Position numbers and translations under genes: made by a program. DNA of 64,000 nt. Origin: a candidate division FCPU426 bacterium (lineage in GTDB: Bacteria > Oederibacteriota > Muellerivitia > Muellerivitales > Muellerivitaceae). The stretch spans positions 32,001-96,000 of the forward strand of contig CAWCKJ010000006.1 in NCBI GenBank assembly GCA_963796105.1, written 5' to 3'. The notes under the pieces were generated by a model. The model did no database searches. It worked only from the letters and a program-made list of their open reading frames with translations, and had not been told where the DNA came from. Position 1 is the first letter of the stretch. The number at the start of each line of letters is the position of its first letter. Below are positions 34,360 through 44,874 of the stretch, piece by piece.

Positions 34360-36801
34360 ATGATGAGCAATTTCGGACGTACCGCCCGGCGTCTTTTGGG
34401 ATGCCTTGGAGCGGCATTTGCGGCCATGATTCTTTCTACCCCGGCTTTTGCCAGCGAGGCAGACTTGAAAATTCCGGATTTGGGCCAGATCTCCTTTCAT
34501 GGAATCCCAGGACGAACCCTTCTCTGGATTGGAATGCTCGTATGCGGAATGGGGGTTTTATTCGGGGTCTATATTTTCCGGTCCCTCCGCGACCTGCCAG
34601 TGCACAAGTCCATGCTGGAAATCTCGGAACTTATATATGAGACCTGCAAGACTTATCTGATTACCCAGATGAAATTCATCGGGATTTTATGGGCCTTTAT
34701 CGGCACAATTATCGCGGTTTATTTCGGCTGGCTGAAACCCGTGGGAGCCAGCAACGTGGTCATCATCCTGATTTGCAGCCTGGTGGGAATCGCCGGCTCG
34801 ATCACGGTGGCCTGGTTCGGCATCCGGATCAACACCTTCGCTAATTCTCGCACCGCTTTCGCGGCCTTGAAGGGAAAGCCCTTCCCGGCGCACGATATAC
34901 CCCTCAAGGCGGGTATTTCCATCGGCATGCTTTTGATCGCCATCGAGCTCATTATCCTGCTCTTTATTCTCCTGGAAGTCCCGGGAGACCTGGCGGGTTA
35001 TTGTTTCATCGGCTTCGCGATTGGCGAGTCCCTGGGCGCTGCGGCCTTGAGGATCGCGGGCGGTATCTTCACCAAGATCGCTGATATTGGTTCCGACCTC
35101 ATGAAGATCGTCTTTAAAATCAAGGAAGACGACGCGCGCAACCCCGGTGTCATCGCGGATTGCACGGGCGACAATGCGGGCGATTCCGTGGGCCCCACAG
35201 CCGATGGATTCGAGACTTACGGCGTGACGGGCGTGGCCCTCATCACCTTTATTCTTCTTGCCGTAGGGGACCCGAACAACCAGATCAAGCTCTTGGTCTG
35301 GATCTTCGTCATGCGCGTCATGATGATTGTCACTTCCTGGGTATCCTACGCGCTTAACAACTTCTGGGCCAAGGGACAGTATGGAGAGTCCGACAAGTTC
35401 AATTTTGAGACACCCTTGACCACGCTGGTGTGGCTTACTTCTATTATTTCCATCGTTCTCACCTACATCGTCTCGAATTTCCTCATCGGAGATATGGGAG
35501 ACGGGTCGCTTTGGTGGAAACTGGCGACCATCATCACTTGCGGGACCTTGGCGGGGGCCATCATCCCCGAACTGGTCAAGGTTTTCACTTCCATGAACTC
35601 CAAACATGTGAATGAAGTGGTGGAATCGGCTAAGGAGGGCGGCCCCTCCCTGACGATCCTATCAGGCTTCGTGGCGGGCAACTTCTCGGCTTATTGGATC
35701 GGCCTTTCCATCATGACTCTTATGGCCATCGCCTCATTTGTTGCGGGCTATGGATTAGACGCATTCATGGTGGCCCCATCAGTTTTCGCCTTCGGTTTGG
35801 TGGCTTTCGGCTTCCTGGGAATGGGGCCCGTCACCATCGCGGTGGATTCCTATGGGCCTGTTACCGACAACGCCCAGTCGGTTTTTGAACTTTCAACGAT
35901 CGAGTCCATCAAGGGCATCAACAAGGAAATCGAGCGTGATTTCGGTTTCAAGCCTAATTTCGAGAAAGCCAAGGCTTTCCTGGAGGAGAACGACGGGTGC
36001 GGAAACACTTTCAAGGCCACAGCGAAGCCGGTTTTGATTGGAACCGCGGTGGTAGGGGCTACGACGCTGGTTTTTTCCATCATCGTCCTATTGGCCAAAT
36101 CGGTTACTAACTCCGCTGGCATGATTAACAAGGACCAATTGGCGGCGGTGGCTGGTAACTTTTCGCTCTTGAACCCAGTATTCTTCCTGGGACTTATCGC
36201 GGGAGGGGCCATGATCTATTGGTTCACCGGCGCCTCAACCCAGGCGGTTTCCACCGGCGCTTTCCGGGCCGTGGAATTCATCAAGAAGAACATCAAGCTG
36301 GGAGCCGGGGCCAAGAAGGCCTCCATCGAGGACTCAAAGAAGGTGGTGGAAATTTGCACCCAGTACGCCCAAAAGGGGATGTTTAACATCTTCCTGGCGA
36401 TCTTTACCGCTACCCTGGCCTTCGCCTTCCTGGATTCCTATTTCTTCATTGGATACCTCATCTCCATCGCGATTTTCGGTCTTTACCAGGCCATCTTCAT
36501 GGCTAACGCCGGCGGGGCCTGGGACAACGCGAAAAAGATCGTGGAAACCGTGTTGAAACAGAAGGGAACACCCCTTCACGACGCCTCGGTCGTGGGTGAT
36601 ACGGTTGGGGACCCATTCAAGGACACTTCATCGGTTGCCATGAACCCGGTCATCAAGTTCACCACCTTGTTCGGGCTTTTAGCGGTTGAATTGGCCCTGA
36701 AAGTCGATCCTGGAACGAGCCATATTTTATTTGTGGTGTTCATGATCATCTCCATGTTTTATGTCTGGCGTTCCTTCTACAGGATGCGTATCAAGTCATA
36801 G
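34360..36801 (+). CDS. hppA: Membrane-integral ion-translocating pyrophosphatase (K+-independent signature)
   Basis: GGIFTKIADIGSDL, EDDARNPGVIADCTGDNAGD, GNTFKA, GGAWDNAKK, GDTVGDPFKDT. Confidence 0.93.
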   Translation: MMSNFGRTARRLLGCLGAAFAAMILSTPAFASEADLKIPDLGQISFHGIPGRTLLWIGMLVCGMGVLFGVYIFRSLRDLPVHKSMLEISELIYETCKTYLITQMKFIGILWAFIGTIIAVYFGWLKPVGASNVVIILICSLVGIAGSITVAWFGIRINTFANSRTAFAALKGKPFPAHDIPLKAGISIGMLLIAIELIILLFILLEVPGDLAGYCFIGFAIGESLGAAALRIAGGIFTKIADIGSDLMKIVFKIKEDDARNPGVIADCTGDNAGDSVGPTADGFETYGVTGVALITFILLAVGDPNNQIKLLVWIFVMRVMMIVTSWVSYALNNFWAKGQYGESDKFNFETPLTTLVWLTSIISIVLTYIVSNFLIGDMGDGSLWWKLATIITCGTLAGAIIPELVKVFTSMNSKHVNEVVESAKEGGPSLTILSGFVAGNFSAYWIGLSIMTLMAIASFVAGYGLDAFMVAPSVFAFGLVAFGFLGMGPVTIAVDSYGPVTDNAQSVFELSTIESIKGINKEIERDFGFKPNFEKAKAFLEENDGCGNTFKATAKPVLIGTAVVGATTLVFSIIVLLAKSVTNSAGMINKDQLAAVAGNFSLLNPVFFLGLIAGGAMIYWFTGASTQAVSTGAFRAVEFIKKNIKLGAGAKKASIEDSKKVVEICTQYAQKGMFNIFLAIFTATLAFAFLDSYFFIGYLISIAIFGLYQAIFMANAGGAWDNAKKIVETVLKQKGTPLHDASVVGDTVGDPFKDTSSVAMNPVIKFTTLFGLLAVELALKVDPGTSHILFVVFMIISMFYVWRSFYRMRIKS

Positions 36802-36817
36802 CCGAGTCTGCTGAGGT

Positions 36818-36856
36818 AAAAAGCCCGACCCTCATTTAGAGGGCCGGGTTTTTTTA
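36818..36856 (+). terminator. Intrinsic terminator after hppA
   Basis: GCCCGACCCTC-ATTTA-GAGGGCCGGGT hairpin followed by a T-run. Confidence 0.8.
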
Positions 36857-36965
36857 TTTTAAAATCTTTTTAAGGGAGGATTGAGCTTAGGGGAAAATCC
36901 AACCGCGAAGATGGGGATAAAGTAATTATTAATTCGATTTTGACAAATTTACGGGTTGCCCGCGT

Positions 36966-37183
36966 TTCCTCCCCTGAAAGAGAGGGAACAAGGGGGAGTT
37001 AGCCTATCCGTACCGTTCTGTCAACGCCGAATACCCCCCTCTCCCCCCTTTTTCAAAGGGACGTATTTACTTCACTCCCGAAAGGACGATATGCCCGCAA
37101 ATAAACAAAAAACGCCTGAAAAAAAGAAGGCAAAAGAAGGAAAAGGGAGTTAACTATATAAGCCCCTTTTCAAAGGGGGGAAT
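36966..37183. repeat. REP-like palindromic elements (CCCC-T/A-rich-GGGG type); related copy at 63909-63984
   Basis: CTCCCCTGAAAGAGAGGGAACAAGGGGGAGTTAG vs CTCCCCCTCTGAAAAGAGGGGGAATAAGGGGGAGTTAG; also CCCCTTTTTCAAAGGG palindromes. Confidence 0.6.
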
Positions 37184-37233
37184 CATCACTAGGGACATTC
37201 TTTTCGAAATTTGCAAAAAAGTTAGATAATTAT

Positions 37234-37770
37234 TTATTTTCTTAAACGCCGCCAGTTTTCCGAGCGAATCTCTGGTATTTTTTTATAGATATTGTTCAGG
37301 TGGGTCTTCAAGGTGGCTTTGGAAATGAAAAGTTTCTGGGTGATTTTGGCGTTGGTGAAACCCTGGAGGCAGAGGCGCACGATTTCCATTTCGCGGCCGC
37401 TTAATCCGCGTCCCTTGAAACGCTTGAGCCAGTTATCATACGTCTTCCTCAGAGGATGAAGAAGGTTGACGCGGTATTGGTTTTCGCCCATAAAAACAAC
37501 GTCAAATAACTGGTTTCCCATCTTGATATTCGGGAAAAAATGGACCCCTTCCCGGTGGATTTTCAATCCGAGAGTTTTTTCACAAGCCGTCAAACAACCC
37601 TGCGGGCACTTTTTTTTAACGATTTTTCCGCATAGATTCCGGCAGGCCTCGTTTTGGTAAAGAACATTTTTCTTAGAATTTACAAAGCAAACGGGAATTC
37701 CGCTTTGGTTTAGAATTTGTTCCAATTTTGTAGGCAATTTTCCACCCGGGGGGTTGATTGCGATTTTCAC
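37234..37770 (-). CDS. LuxR-type HTH regulator with PAS-like N-domain
   Basis: LSGREMEIVRLCLQGFTNAKITQKLFISKATLKTHLNNIYKK. Confidence 0.85.
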   Translation of the reverse strand: MKIAINPPGGKLPTKLEQILNQSGIPVCFVNSKKNVLYQNEACRNLCGKIVKKKCPQGCLTACEKTLGLKIHREGVHFFPNIKMGNQLFDVVFMGENQYRVNLLHPLRKTYDNWLKRFKGRGLSGREMEIVRLCLQGFTNAKITQKLFISKATLKTHLNNIYKKIPEIRSENWRRLRK

Positions 37771-37831
37771 GTCTTTGACGGCACAATGTTGAGCGGCCGA
37801 TCAAGGCCATTTTTACCTTTGGAGGATTATA

Positions 37832-39097
37832 ATGCAAACCAGCGAACTGAAACCCCTCGATCCGCAAAAATATTACCGCATGCCATGGTCCCTCAGCGAC
37901 AACGGGATCTTCTGGCTGGAAGTCACCTCCCAATGTAATTTGACATGCGAGGGATGTTACCACGAGAACATCAAGGGGGCCCACAAGACCCTCGCGGAGA
38001 TTGAGGAGGAATTCAAGGTCATCAAGCAACTCCGCAAGGTGGATAGCGTTTCCATCGCGGGGGGAGACCCTCTCCTCCATCCCCAGATCCTGGACATTGT
38101 GAGATTGGTCCGCAAGTATGGCTGGAAGCCTATCATGAACACCAATGGATTGGCCCTCACCCCCGAATTGCTGAAGGACCTCAAGAAAGCCGGGGTTTTC
38201 GGGTTCACTTTCCATATCGACACCACCCAGAAGCGCCGCGATTCCCAGGCCAATACCGAGCAGGAGCATATCGCCCTGCGCCAGAAACTTGCCGAGTTGG
38301 TTTATAAAGAGGGGGGGATCGCCTGCGGCTTCAACCAGACGGTCTCCGAGCAGACCCTGGGCCAGATCCCGGACATCGTGCGTTGGGCTGAGAAATACCC
38401 GGACATGATCAATACGATGGTGTTCATCCTGTTCCGCACCCCAGGCATGTCCGCGAACTTCGATTTTTACGCTTTCGGCAAGAAAGTGGATCTGTATGAA
38501 ACCTACATCAAGACGTCATGGGGCGGGGAGAAAAACCTCAAAGCGCACGAGATCGTGGCGAAGATCAGGGAAGCCGATCCCGAGTACGAGCCGGCGGGCT
38601 ACTTGAACGGCACCATCGAGGCCAACGACATGAAGTGGACCCTGGCGACAAGAATCGCCAACAAAAAGAAGACTTTCGGTTACACCAGTCCCAAATTCAT
38701 GGAATTCGTCCAAACCTTCCACCACCGGTTTTTCGGGACCTGGTTGAGCTACGCCTCTCCCGCTCTCCTGCACGCGGGAAGATCCACTCTTTTATTCCTG
38801 GGATGGGGCGACAAGGCCATGAGGAAGGCGTTGTTCCGTTTCCTCCTGGATCCTACCGCCTGGTTCAGGCGAGTTCACTTGCAGAATTTCGCCATCATCC
38901 AGCCCGTGGACTTGCTCGCGGATGGCCGCATGAGCATGTGCGACAGCTGCCCCGACATCACGGTTCACGAGGGGAAGCTTTACTGGAGCTGCCGCCTGGA
39001 GGAAATAAAAAAATACGGCACTTTTGTGACAGCCGTGCCCAAGCCGGGTGTCAAAATGGGGCGGGAAAAGGAAAAAAAACAGGCTGCTGTCAACTAA
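37832..39097 (+). CDS. Radical SAM protein of unknown function
   Basis: CNLTCEGC, GGDPLLHP, NTNG; C-terminal CDSCPD...SC. Confidence 0.88.
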   Translation: MQTSELKPLDPQKYYRMPWSLSDNGIFWLEVTSQCNLTCEGCYHENIKGAHKTLAEIEEEFKVIKQLRKVDSVSIAGGDPLLHPQILDIVRLVRKYGWKPIMNTNGLALTPELLKDLKKAGVFGFTFHIDTTQKRRDSQANTEQEHIALRQKLAELVYKEGGIACGFNQTVSEQTLGQIPDIVRWAEKYPDMINTMVFILFRTPGMSANFDFYAFGKKVDLYETYIKTSWGGEKNLKAHEIVAKIREADPEYEPAGYLNGTIEANDMKWTLATRIANKKKTFGYTSPKFMEFVQTFHHRFFGTWLSYASPALLHAGRSTLLFLGWGDKAMRKALFRFLLDPTAWFRRVHLQNFAIIQPVDLLADGRMSMCDSCPDITVHEGKLYWSCRLEEIKKYGTFVTAVPKPGVKMGREKEKKQAAVN

Positions 39098-39211
39098 AAC
39101 AAGGATTCATTCCGTCTTTGAGTGTGATAAACAGAAAAAAGCGATAAAATAAACAGGTGGTTTCGCGGATGGGCGCGGAGCCGCCTGTTTTTTTTCCCAA
39201 CGGGAGGAATT

Positions 39212-39922
39212 ATGGGGCTCATGGACATCTTCAACAAGAAAAGTCCTTTGTTTGACTGCAACAGGCATCTCGCCAATATCCCCGGCAAATTGTCGGGCGC
39301 GCCCATGATGACGGCGGATGGGGATTTCAGCGTTAACTTCGTACCCGACGATCCCCAATATCTTAACAACCGGAATAACGTCAAGAATTCCAACGGCCAA
39401 ATGGTACTCAAGGTGAAGGTCCTTCCCCAATACCGCCAATCCTTCCAGGACTCGGTCATCTCCATGGCGGGACAACCCGTTTTCGCGAGCGGGGTTTTGG
39501 TGAATGACGATTCACAGGGAGGAAGGGTTGAAATCCATCCCTTGGACCTTCTTTTCGCCCCCATAAACCCCGGGCATTTTCCGGGGTGGTTCAAAGATAT
39601 TCAAAATAACCTGAAGGATCCCAACGCGGCGTCCGCCTATCGGATTGTCGCGGCGAGCGACGCTTCGAAAAGCATGAAACCCCCTAAAGCTGAGGAAACC
39701 AGGCCCCTGAAAGTCAATTTTCCCTATCCGAACAAACCGAATATCCCGAAGATCAAGATCGATTTTGAGGTTCGAAAGAGCGCGAATGAGAAAGCGGACC
39801 TATTTCTCAGCAATGACCTCGTCCGGCAAAAGATCCAGATGGACATTACCGTTTCCAGCGTTAAGGACGATGGGCCTGGCATTTACGCGGGTGTTTTAGT
39901 TATATATTGGGGCAACGAGTAA
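39212..39922 (+). CDS. Hypothetical protein (OB-fold-like EIHP motif)
   Basis: GGGAGG RBS; 236-aa ORF with GVLVNDD...VEIHP. Confidence 0.6.
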   Translation: MGLMDIFNKKSPLFDCNRHLANIPGKLSGAPMMTADGDFSVNFVPDDPQYLNNRNNVKNSNGQMVLKVKVLPQYRQSFQDSVISMAGQPVFASGVLVNDDSQGGRVEIHPLDLLFAPINPGHFPGWFKDIQNNLKDPNAASAYRIVAASDASKSMKPPKAEETRPLKVNFPYPNKPNIPKIKIDFEVRKSANEKADLFLSNDLVRQKIQMDITVSSVKDDGPGIYAGVLVIYWGNE

Positions 39923-40124
39923 AGACAGCGTCTGCTTCATTAAGCCATTCCCTGAATACCGTGGTTTTGGGCATATCATGATTGAAAAACCCTGGAATTC
40001 TTTAAGTTTTTCCATCCAAAGCCGTTAGAGAATAAGAATAAAAGAATACAATCAATAGTATCCGGGTATTCAGCCCGCTTAGAATGCGCGTTTCGGAATT
40101 TTTGCTGATTAAGGGATTAATTGA

Positions 40125-43100
40125 ATGGGGATGTACAGGTGTTTTTTTATTTTTTCGGGAATGGTCCTATTAAGTCTCGGCACACCAACCCTTGTCCTAG
40201 CCCAAGCCACGAATACGCCCTCGAATACCCCCACGGCGACTCTGACCCGGACATTTACCAACACCCCCACGAGCACCCGCACCCCCACATCGACACGTAC
40301 CCAAACCAACACCCCGACGATTACCTCCACCCCGACATCCAGTTTCACGCCGCTTCCCACCAACACGCCCACCAATTCCTTTACGCCCAATCCCTCTATG
40401 ACTCCTCCTTGCGGAGCCGCCGCGACTTTTTTTGGGAATAGCGGATACCTTCCTGGAAACGGGACGACCGGGCCCTTGAACTCTTATCCGGGAGTCAGGT
40501 TCAGCTACTATCCATTGAGTTATCCAGCGTCCGTGTACGCCATGATGGTTTACTCCGCGAATCCTTCCGCGGGTACATCCTTGATCGTGGGTATTTATAA
40601 TGGTTCCGCGGGCAATGTCGGCGGTGTGGTAGTTTCGTCCACTCCCCAGTTGGTTACCCAGAATTGGAATGGTTTTGTCCTTCCCCCCACTTATTTAGCT
40701 CCGGGGAATTACTGGCTGGCTTATATGTATAACGCCCAGGGTTATGACTCGACTTACACTGCCAACGCAGGGGCAAGCATTCTTGCTTGGACAAATACAT
40801 CGATGACTTTCGGTACAACCTTGCCCTCGGATGTTTCCTCCGATTCAGTCAGCTATGGAAGCGGCAACGAGGCCCTTTATGTTGTTTATTGCAAGGTCCC
40901 CACCAACACCCCCACCCCGACCGGTACCTTTACGAACACCCCTACTCTAACCGTAAGTCCCACTCCTACGATCACCTTCACCCCCACCAATACTGGAACC
41001 ATCTTGACCAATACACCCACCAGCACGAATACCTATACGCCCAGCTGGACCCCGACTTCCACTAATACCCTCACCTACACCCTCACCCCTAACTTAGCCC
41101 TCACCCCTCCCTGCGGTTCCTCCGCTACTTTTTTTGGAAACAACAATACCAGCGGACAGCCGGTTTCGATTCTTTCGCCACAAATGCGATCGACACGCTA
41201 TACCTTGACCCAAAACGGAACAGTTGTAACTATGTCGTTTTACGCATCCAGCGGGGATATAGGCTCTATCATCTTAGGGGGTATCTACACCAACGACCAA
41301 TCCACCACCACGATGGGTAATTTAGTGACTAGTTCCAGTAACGTGACCTTAACGGCCGGTTGGAACGCCTTCCAAGTTCCTCAAACTTATTTGACCGCGG
41401 GGGACTATTGGCTGGCTTATATGGTAAGCGCGCCGGTCAGTCTTATTCCCGTCTATAACCAAAGTTCCCCGGCTGAAAATAATTCATTGGCTTATTCAAC
41501 AGGAATAACTGTTTGGGGATTCCCGGCGAGCGGGTCCAATTTCGGCTATCCGGTTTCTTATCTTAATAACGATTACGATACTATCTTAACCGCCAACTAC
41601 TGCCCGGGAATAATCCTGACCAGCACCCCCTCCAACACGCCCACGAACACCCCCACGCCGATCCCGACGCTCGTGTCCGGGATCACGGATATCACTTCCA
41701 GCATCGGGGTGTCCTGTTTGACCGGCGATACAACCGGGACCGGGGACAAATATAACCAGCCCGTCACCCAGCCGGGTAACACCCTATTTACTTACGGGGT
41801 GGGGGCCCCTGACACCATCTATGGATTTACCCTGACCCAACCTACCGATCTCTTCATCAATCTTTGCGGGGCATCCTTCGATTCGGTGCTTTATTTGAGG
41901 ACCAATCCAACAGATCCCAGCACTACTATTGCACTGGACGACGACTCAGCGTTTTGCAGCAATGTTAACTCCTCGTCACTGGTGACGGGGGTCCTCCAGC
42001 CTGGAGCCTATTATGTGGTCGTGGATGGCTACAGCACGGGGGACTACGGGACCTTCTCGCTTTGCCTCACTCCCTTCAATCCGACCTGTTCGCTAACCCC
42101 CGTGGCAACGCCGGTAACGCTGGCAACCCCGGCCACCACCCCCACTAATTTGGGGACTGTGATGGTGGACGCGGTGGGGATCGGCCACGTTGATTATGAT
42201 TTCGAGTACACCAACGAATGGACCTTCACGCCGGGAACGGCGGGTAATTACGTGATCTCGCTGGATTGTTTCGACGATGGGACGGGGAAGGCCAGGGTGG
42301 CTTACGAACTTTTCGATTCGATCGATGCCTCGGTGGCCAGTTCGGCGGGAAATACGCCCTTGGATCAACTGACGGTGGCCTTGACCCAACAGCAGTACAC
42401 TGCCGTGGTTTACGCCTCCTCAGAGTATGCGCCGAGCGGGGATTACCGCCTGGTCATCCAAGCTCCCGCGATCCCACCGGCCCCGACTAAAACCCCGATC
42501 GCGACCTGGACCGGGACCCTGCCGACCACGACTTTCACCCTCACCCCGACTCCAACGGCCACTGCCACCGGAACGTTTACGTCAACTAATACCCCTTCCA
42601 ATACTCTTTCCCCTACTTTGACATCCAGCCCAACAAGTACCCCAACGATCACTTTCACGGGAACACCCACTAGAACGTTGACCATTACCCAAACACCTAC
42701 TTTTACCCCGACTTTCTCCCCGACCCTTTCGCCCACTATTACATCGACTCCCAGCTTAACAAACACACCTACCCTAACAACCACCGGAACCCCAACACGA
42801 ACCCAAACAAGTACCTTTTCCCCGACACCAACCTTGACTCCAACATCCACACTCACTTCGACCTATACCAGTGGAATATTCACATTTACTCCCACCTCCA
42901 CACCCACGGTTACATTGACACGCACAATAACCTCGACTCCAACAAGTATCCCCACAAACACCAAAACTTCAACCGTAACACCTACCTTGACTTTGACTAA
43001 TACCCCGACAGTGACGAATTCATTTACTGCGACCAAAACATCCACCTCAACCAGCACTCCTACAACCTCATTCACTCCTACCCCGACAGCCACACCCACT

Positions 43101-43853
43101 ATTACCTTGACTCCAACCAATACTCCAACAGGAACTTTGTCGCCTTCCAAAACTCCCACGATGACACCGTCTCCCACATTGTCATTTACCCCGACGATTA
43201 CTAGCACCTATTCATCAACGCCTACAAATACATTTACCCCCACTTTAACGAGTACCGCCACCAAGACTCCTACTACGACGTTCACGGTCACGCTAACTTC
43301 GACGCCGACATTTACGGCCACTTCAACATTTACCCCAACCCAAACGAATTCTCTGACCTTTACACCATCGCCAATAAATACATCAACAGGGACATCATCG
43401 CCCACGAATTCACCAACGGATTCGATGACGCCTACGGTCACGATGACCGATACAGCCAACCTAACGGCTACACCTACGTCTTCCTCAACGCCGACAAACA
43501 CCCCGACTGGTACCCTTACACCCTTGCCAAATACCTTGACCCCAACCTTGAGTCCAGTACCCATCGGGACGCCTGGTTCGAAACCGATTCTATATCCCAA
43601 TCCTTTGAAAGGGTCTGGGCCTATCACCCTTATGGTCACCTTTGACAAACCGCATGATTACGTGACCGTTAAGGTTTTCACCACCGCCTTCCGGAAAGTT
43701 TATGAGCATACCGATAATTATGTATCCGCCGGATCTTATCAATTGACCCTGGACACGGATCAATTCACGGGCCGCGCCGCAAATGGGCTTTATTACGCGG
43801 TTGTCACCATTCCTTCCCAGCGCTGGATCTCCAAAATCCTCATTCTTCGTTAA
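40125..43853 (+). CDS. Secreted Thr/Pro-rich multidomain protein with CTD-like C-terminus
   Basis: Signal peptide; two copies of a TPPCG..TFFGN..YL..G.YWLAYM domain; PPC-like [10 protein letters not shown] domain; LYPNP...VFTTAFRKV...ANGLYY...KILILR. Confidence 0.75.
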   Translation: MGMYRCFFIFSGMVLLSLGTPTLVLAQATNTPSNTPTATLTRTFTNTPTSTRTPTSTRTQTNTPTITSTPTSSFTPLPTNTPTNSFTPNPSMTPPCGAAATFFGNSGYLPGNGTTGPLNSYPGVRFSYYPLSYPASVYAMMVYSANPSAGTSLIVGIYNGSAGNVGGVVVSSTPQLVTQNWNGFVLPPTYLAPGNYWLAYMYNAQGYDSTYTANAGASILAWTNTSMTFGTTLPSDVSSDSVSYGSGNEALYVVYCKVPTNTPTPTGTFTNTPTLTVSPTPTITFTPTNTGTILTNTPTSTNTYTPSWTPTSTNTLTYTLTPNLALTPPCGSSATFFGNNNTSGQPVSILSPQMRSTRYTLTQNGTVVTMSFYASSGDIGSIILGGIYTNDQSTTTMGNLVTSSSNVTLTAGWNAFQVPQTYLTAGDYWLAYMVSAPVSLIPVYNQSSPAENNSLAYSTGITVWGFPASGSNFGYPVSYLNNDYDTILTANYCPGIILTSTPSNTPTNTPTPIPTLVSGITDITSSIGVSCLTGDTTGTGDKYNQPVTQPGNTLFTYGVGAPDTIYGFTLTQPTDLFINLCGASFDSVLYLRTNPTDPSTTIALDDDSAFCSNVNSSSLVTGVLQPGAYYVVVDGYSTGDYGTFSLCLTPFNPTCSLTPVATPVTLATPATTPTNLGTVMVDAVGIGHVDYDFEYTNEWTFTPGTAGNYVISLDCFDDGTGKARVAYELFDSIDASVASSAGNTPLDQLTVALTQQQYTAVVYASSEYAPSGDYRLVIQAPAIPPAPTKTPIATWTGTLPTTTFTLTPTPTATATGTFTSTNTPSNTLSPTLTSSPTSTPTITFTGTPTRTLTITQTPTFTPTFSPTLSPTITSTPSLTNTPTLTTTGTPTRTQTSTFSPTPTLTPTSTLTSTYTSGIFTFTPTSTPTVTLTRTITSTPTSIPTNTKTSTVTPTLTLTNTPTVTNSFTATKTSTSTSTPTTSFTPTPTATPTITLTPTNTPTGTLSPSKTPTMTPSPTLSFTPTITSTYSSTPTNTFTPTLTSTATKTPTTTFTVTLTSTPTFTATSTFTPTQTNSLTFTPSPINTSTGTSSPTNSPTDSMTPTVTMTDTANLTATPTSSSTPTNTPTGTLTPLPNTLTPTLSPVPIGTPGSKPILYPNPLKGSGPITLMVTFDKPHDYVTVKVFTTAFRKVYEHTDNYVSAGSYQLTLDTDQFTGRAANGLYYAVVTIPSQRWISKILILR

Positions 43854-44105
43854 AAATTAAGAACTTCTAAAATAAATTCTTGAATCCACCTCAAAACCCC
43901 AGAACTCTTCACGCAGAAGTGAATTGTCGTTGACAGTAAAAAAGAATATTTTTTAATGAACTTCCTTGGCTGTGTCTCTGTGACTCTGTGGTAAAAAGAG
44001 GTTTTGTCAGTGTCCCTTAATCTTTATTTTTATAAGTGGGTTGATTCTCCTGGATTACCTATCGTAAGTTTTCATTGAGAATTAGGTATCGATACGGGGG
44101 AGAAT

Positions 44106-44576
44106 ATGGAGAAAGCTACATTCGGAGCGGGGTGTTTTTGGGGCGTGGAGGAATTGTTCCGAAATTTAAAGGGCGTGTCATCTACGGCGGTTGGGTATGA
44201 AGGAGGCAAATTGAACCGGCCAACCTACCAGGCGGTTTGCACGGACCAAACCGGCCACGCTGAAGTCGTTGCAATCCAATTTGATCCTTCGGTTATTTCT
44301 TACGAGAGCCTTTTGGACGCCTTTTGGGAATGCCACGACCCAACCACCCTCAACCGCCAGGGGCCCGATTACGGCACCCAGTACAGGTCGGTCATCTTTT
44401 TCCATACCCCCGCTCAGGAAAAAACCGCCAAGGATTCCATGAAAAAATCAAGCCAATCCGGCAGGTTCAGGAACCCCATTGTTACCCAAATTGTTCCCGC
44501 CGAAACCTTTTGGCGGGCGGAAGAATACCACCAGCAATACCTGTTCAAACGGGGCTTGGGTAACTGCCATATCTAG
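44106..44576 (+). CDS. msrA: Peptide-methionine (S)-S-oxide reductase
   Basis: [38 protein letters not shown]. Confidence 0.97.
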   Translation: MEKATFGAGCFWGVEELFRNLKGVSSTAVGYEGGKLNRPTYQAVCTDQTGHAEVVAIQFDPSVISYESLLDAFWECHDPTTLNRQGPDYGTQYRSVIFFHTPAQEKTAKDSMKKSSQSGRFRNPIVTQIVPAETFWRAEEYHQQYLFKRGLGNCHI

Positions 44577-44751
44577 CAGACTGCTGAAAAAATAAAAATA
44601 GGCCACAAAGCAGCCTGCGACCCCAAAGATTCCGCAGGCTTTGGTTTGAGGGTACATAGGGGATTTACCCTATGAGCGCTGTTGAATCGTGGGGTTTCCG
44701 CAAATGTCGTCAGCTGAAAAAGTCCGTTTGGGGGACTTTTTCAGCACCCTG
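44577..44751. mobile_element. 175-bp MITE with CTAG target duplication (IS5/IS1182-like ends)
   Basis: TIRs CAGACTGCTGAAAAA / TTTTTCAGCACCCTG (13/15 match); CTAG at 44573-44576 and 44752-44755. Confidence 0.75.
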
Positions 44752-44874
44752 CTAGTTCCTGATAATGAAGATTAATTAGGTTGCATGCAAGAAGGGAATC
44801 TAAGCGTTCTGGACTGTAACACTTCGGTTGAAGCGTTACGGGAGACTTTGAATATTATTAATGAATAAAACAAA

